A stretch of DNA of 63,287 bases, filler included, from Folioceros fuciformis (lineage: Eukaryota), in assembly GCA_049999805.1 (NCBI GenBank). It is 30 parts of 30 records of this genome, joined end to end, with 100 filler letters (N's around TTAATTAATTAA, not from the genome) between each part and the next. Parts side by side here need not be neighbours in the genome. Positions count along the whole stretch, not along the records: positions 58,570 to 60,720 come from JBNGIO010000856.1; positions 60,821 to 61,880 come from JBNGIO010000858.1; positions 61,981 to 63,287 come from JBNGIO010000859.1; 27 more parts are not named here. One strand, written 5' to 3'. The notes below the pieces were generated by a model. That model was given only the letters and a program-made list of their open reading frames with translations, was not told where the DNA came from and made no database searches. Position 1 is the stretch's first letter. Each line of letters begins with the position of its first letter. A program made the position numbers and the translations under genes. This document shows positions 58,570 to 63,287 of the stretch, piece after piece.

Positions 58570-60720
58570 TTGCAGGATATGGGCTTTCTACCCTCAGGTA
58601 ACTCAACTAGAGTCCACGTTCCATTTTTTATGATTGAGGAATACTCCTCATCTACTGCTTTCTTCCAGAATTTTTCTTCAGGACTTGAATATGCCTGCTG
58701 CATGTTTGCAGGTTCCGTGGAATCGGTGGTTGCTGCAAGTAAAGCCTGTACATAGGCTGTAGAAGGTGTTGTCTCCTCTTCTGGATGTCCAGCACTCTGA
58801 GGTTCTCCGCCAGATCCAGGTGCCCCAACTGGTGGCACATCATTAGTAGCAGATATACTGCCCTGATCCTTGTTGCTTTTCTGCTTTCTAGACTTAGATT
58901 TGCGTGTCATTGCAGGCCGCCAGTCCTCCATCTCCAAAGGAGGCTCCTTCCATGGTCTATTCCTCTCTCTCAAACTGTACCTCCGAGGCTGCTCTTCAGG
59001 TGGTTGTTCAGCTCCATCCAAACCGACATCGTCATCAACTTCGGCCCCCACTTCAGGTACATGCTCCAGATCGCCAGGATCATGTTTTGGAGATAATTCA
59101 TCGTCTGCATCTGGTTCCAGCATGTTTTCATCGTCCTCGCCTGACTGATCAAAATTAGACACTTCCAGAGTGTCCACATCAACTTGGCTCAACACCTGAA
59201 GGTCCTCAAGCAAGTCTTCTTCCTCATCATGTTCGGCGACCACAGCTGGTATTTGCTCTACACCACTGCCAGTGTCAAGAGTGGCTGTAGGTGGCCGCAT
59301 TACCCTTCGTTCATCGAACAACACACTTCTAGCATGACTGACATCACGTGTTGCAGGGTCATACAGTTTATAGGCCTTTATACCATCCGTATATCCAATG
59401 AACACTAACTTGTGTGCTCGATCATGCAGCTTGGTTCTTCGCTTGGGCTTTGGAACAAAGGCCTAAGCAAGTGCACCAAAGATTCGAAGGTGTTGGAGTG
59501 CAGGCTTCCTGCCCCACCATGCCTCAAACGGGGTCTAACCAGGTACAACCCGAGTAGGTAGTCTGTTCAATAAATAGTTTGCTGTGTTAATGGCCTCAGC
59601 CCAATAACCTCGAGGCAGACGAGATTTTTAGCAGTGCTCTAGCAGTCTCCTGAAGCAACTGATTTTTCTTTTCAGCACGCCATTTAATTGAGCTGTACGC
59701 GGGACTGTAAGCTGCCTCTAGATGCCGAGAGACCGACAATATGCATGGAAGGCCCCTGAGGTATACTCCCCACCATTGTCGGATCTTAAGCATCGAAGTT
59801 TGTGGCCAGTCTGTCGTTCTCCCATCAACAGATAATCTTGAAAGCGCTGAAGTGCCTCACTCTTGTATTTCAGGATATACAAAATGCAATAGCGGGTGAA
59901 ATCGTCGATGAACGTCAAAAAATATTCACCTCCACCAATCGACGGTACAGAAATAGGGCCACAAATGTCCGAATGGACTAACTCCAGGGGTGCAGAGGCA
60001 CGATGAGCTCCATCCTTGTCAAATGCAAACTCATGATGCTTGCCATAAATGCAGGATTCACACAATGGTAGAGCCCCCACTGAACCTGGTATGCCATCTG
60101 AATAGAGAGAACTCTTGGCCATTGATAACAGCTTTCGTTCATGTGGGTGACCATAGCGCAGATGCCAAAGCATGGCAGTCTCACTAGGGGAGAGACCTGT
60201 AGATACACCAGCAACATGTAATATGGGCAAGCGACTCCCAACTACACTCAGCTGGTAAATATCATTGACTGGATACCCTTCAGCCAACACCTCATCTGGT
60301 TGTGCACCATTGGTGATTGTACATTTCTCTCCACGGAAATTAACTTGCATGCCAGTATCTGAAGTAAGCCTACGAACAGATAACAAATTCTTCGTCACTG
60401 CCGGAACATGAAGGACGTTCAACAGCTCCAATTTCCTCCCATGATGCAGCTGCAAGGTAACCTTCCCTGTCCCTGCAATTGGAAGAGTGCTGTCATCTCC
60501 AAGGAGTACTGACTGTACATCTTGATAATGCTGATAATCACAAAACTGTGCACGATCATAGCACATTTTGTTCGACATTTGTGCAGGCGCAACTGCGCAC
60601 GCCTTCCTCTCCGCTATTCTGAGGTTAGCAACGTCATCAGAAAGTCTGCTGATCGACATAAGGTGCATGAACATAGAGACGTGCTAGGATCGTGAGAGCG
60701 TGAGTGGATTAGCAGGCAAG
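58570..60720 (-). mobile_element. Ty1/Copia protease, integrase, linker and RT start
   Basis: LWHLRYGH, CESCIYGK, LVHSDICGP, LRSDNGGEY, FIGYTDGIKAYKLYDP, NGTWTLVELPEGRKPISC. Confidence 0.95.
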
Positions 60721-60820
60721 NNNNNNNNNNNNNNNNNNNNNNNNNNNNNNNNNNNNNNNNNNNNTTAATTAATTAANNNNNNNNNNNNNNNNNNNNNNNN
60801 NNNNNNNNNNNNNNNNNNNN

Positions 60821-61880
60821 GGGAGATCGGTGAGGGTCCAGGTATTATTCTTCACTAAAGATTGATACTCGTCCTCAATTGCTCGCTTCCATTGCTCACG
60901 TTTAGGACTGCTGAAAGCCTGAGTTAACGTAGTGGGTTCCTCAGGTAGGAGTAAGGCTGGTCCAAGAGATGGGACTGCGTGGGTCCGGAAATCGGTAGAA
61001 ACATAAGGTGGTTCCTTCCATCCAGATGGAGGAGGTCTGTGAAGCGTGGAGCGGCGGAGTATATTAGGCGCGGAGTCTGCAGCTGGGCAGGGAACAACCT
61101 GAGTTGGAGGCTCCGGAGGGTTAGCTGAGGTAGGTACATCATTAGCTGTCCCCACATCCCCCTCTGCATCCAAAACAGGTTGATCGTGGACTGCATCTGT
61201 ATTGGCCGCATCTGTTGTGTCTGCATCTATATTGTCCGCATCGGGATCTGGAGGGTCTAAGTTTTGATGTCTTGCAGGCATGGAAGTTGGCTCCGTGAGT
61301 TCATTCTCATCATCATCAAGGGGAAAAACGACAGGTTGGTCTGCTCGAGAGAGTGGGGTGGGGCCCACTGACGAGCCATCCTCAAAGGCAGGGGTGTGAA
61401 GTTCAATGAAGGTAACGCTACGAGCAAGCACAATAGTATCAGCTTGTGGATTATAAAGCTTATAAGCCTTTGAGTGCTCACTGTAGCCGACCAGGATGAG
61501 GGCCTCAGCTCGGCTGTCCAACTTATTCCTTTTCTCTTTGGGTATATAGGCATATGCACGGGATCCAAAGACCCGAAGGTGGAGGAGGCCAGGCTTTTTG
61601 TTCAAGAATACCTCAAACGGGGTTTTATTTGGAACAGTACTAGTGAGCACACGATTGAGAATATACGTTGCTGTCACTATAGCCTCAGCCCAATAGCCCT
61701 GAGGTAAACCTGCCCACAGTAGCATACTTCTTGTCATAGATAGTAAAGTCTGATTTTTTTCTTTCTGACACGCCGTTCTATTGGGGCGTGTAGGGCACGG
61801 TCATATGGTGTAGGATTCCATGGGACTGCAGCCGTTCTTCAAAGCTAGAGTTGACGAATTCAGTGCCATTATCTGTCCTA
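60821..61880 (-). mobile_element. Ty1/Copia integrase, linker and RT start
   Basis: [45 protein letters not shown]. Confidence 0.94.
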
Positions 61881-61980
61881 NNNNNNNNNNNNNNNNNNNN
61901 NNNNNNNNNNNNNNNNNNNNNNNNTTAATTAATTAANNNNNNNNNNNNNNNNNNNNNNNNNNNNNNNNNNNNNNNNNNNN

Positions 61981-62079
61981 CCCATAGCCCCCGATCCAAC
62001 ACCTTCTCTTGAGGTGCTTGAGCCAAGGACCTAGCTTATGCCCATAGCCCCCGATCCAACACCTTCTCTTGAGGTGCTT
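61981..62079 (+). repeat. 60-bp tandem repeat interrupted by an LTR insertion
   Basis: cccatagcccccgatccaacaccttctcttgaggtgctt at 61981 and 62041; the second unit is cut at 62079. Confidence 0.9.
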
Positions 62080-63287
62080 TAACGAAATAAGGTTGCCCTA
62101 ATATATCCCGCTTCCTGGCGCTAAGCATAGTCCGTAGTTAAATATACATATAGAATACGAACAGGCACGAACCGTGCCCTAAAGAACGATTACCCGTCAA
62201 CCGTCGTATAGGTTCACGGGACACGGCCATAAAGGCCTCACACACTCACACATTTTTTAAGAATTCATTCATTACTCATCTTTCCTACCCTATTGATCCC
62301 GTTCACGCTATGGTATCAGAGCCCGTCAATGGACTCCGCCATGTCGCCTCCTAGTGTGTGTGAGATCTGTAAATCCGAGTCCTGCATTAGGACTCTGACA
62401 CATGAAAATTTTTCGAGCTGCAATTCATGCACTCAGACTCTCACTCACCCGGTTTGGCGTGATGGCGGAAGCCTTCTTGGCGGAGGTCGTCAATCACTAC
62501 TACGCGTAGCATTTGCGTACCTGGCGCCAAGGAACATTGAGCCACCCTGTTGAACCTGCGTCTGCAAATTGCTAGATCGTCACCTCGGTCTCTGTCCTGC
62601 ACAGTATGATCAGCCCAGTACACTTCTAGCATGGTCTGCAACTAGTTCACTGTGTGTGTAAGACTCAATCCACTGTAGGAAACAAGCTTGTGTAGGAACA
62701 CCAGATCTTCTACACGTCTTTCTTAGCGTTCTCATGTACACTAGGAAACAGGTGATGATAACCGGGTATCCCTGCACACAGGAGTCAGTCCATAGGCCTG
62801 CACAAGATAGGTGAATGATTGGACTGCTATTCTAAGCAATGCCTCGCAATGGCCGCTCAAGGCGCACTTTCAATCCACAAAGAGCCAGTGTAGCGGACGT
62901 CCGTCACCCTGCACCTACCAAGCTATGAGTTCTTGCAATACTTGTGGAAGAAGTGCACACCTGCGTCCATCTGCGAGCACACCTGGAACCACGCCTGGTC
63001 AGACAGAGCCGGCGTTGAAGACTATCCACAATTTGCTTGCTGAGGAGCGCCGTCACACTCACGCAACACTGTGCGATTTTCGGTGGATGCGTGAGGTTCA
63101 GGAGGAGCGCCTCCGCAACAAAGTCCTCATAGGGTACTCCGACCAAGTTAAAGCCTACAAACTTTGGGATCCCGTCACCCGTGATGTCATCCACTCTATG
63201 AGATATTATAGGCTTATTTCCTGTCCATCTTTAGTAGGGCGTTATATTTGGGAGTTCCTTGGTTGGGAGGCGGTTTTTGAGGTAGTT
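62080..63287 (+). mobile_element. LTR element 5' end, copy 2: LTR 62080-62310 (TA...TA termini), PBS-iMet 62311-62322, internal region without recognisable gag
   Basis: Colinear with 48252-48893; the interrupted 60-bp repeat fixes the first inserted base at T62080. Confidence 0.87.

Noticed and set aside
1195-61980. Regularly recurring TTAATTAATTAA motif and ORFs ending in X...LIN
   Set aside because: Artificial contig linker, not biological.

Overview
This is not one continuous locus. The window holds 30 short contigs (about 1-6 kb each) joined by 29 artificial 100-nt linkers (44 N + TTAATTAATTAA + 44 N), so adjacency across a linker means nothing. The DNA is nuclear sequence of a land plant: GT-AG introns of about 85-190 nt and plant-type genes. 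A KPAxA...HAEK...GRP-type DYW deaminase points to a lineage with U-to-C RNA editing, most likely a hornwort. Most of the sequence is decayed Ty1/Copia and Athila-like Ty3/Gypsy retrotransposon, with nested insertions and solo LTRs. Host genes are a CYP71-clan P450, an intronless rhomboid protease, and an inverted duplication of a head-to-head RPS3a/RPC9 pair flanking the rhomboid. Several truncated host-gene fragments also occur (SBE3/BE1, NPC, SANT-domain protein, TauE/SafE, SNU114, E-DYW:KP). The most notable observations are: (1) the DYW:KP-GRP editing-factor remnant; (2) LTRs with non-canonical TA...TA termini in two apparent families; (3) an I/Tad1-type LINE with RNase H upstream of the CCHC finger, unusual for plants; (4) an unrecognised ~94-aa domain conserved in two contigs with many synonymous changes; (5) the inverted gene-pair duplication; (6) repeated juxtaposition of unrelated gene fragments, suggesting transposon capture. 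All family assignments are from motif recognition by eye; no searches were run. No CRISPR, rRNA or tRNA genes were seen.
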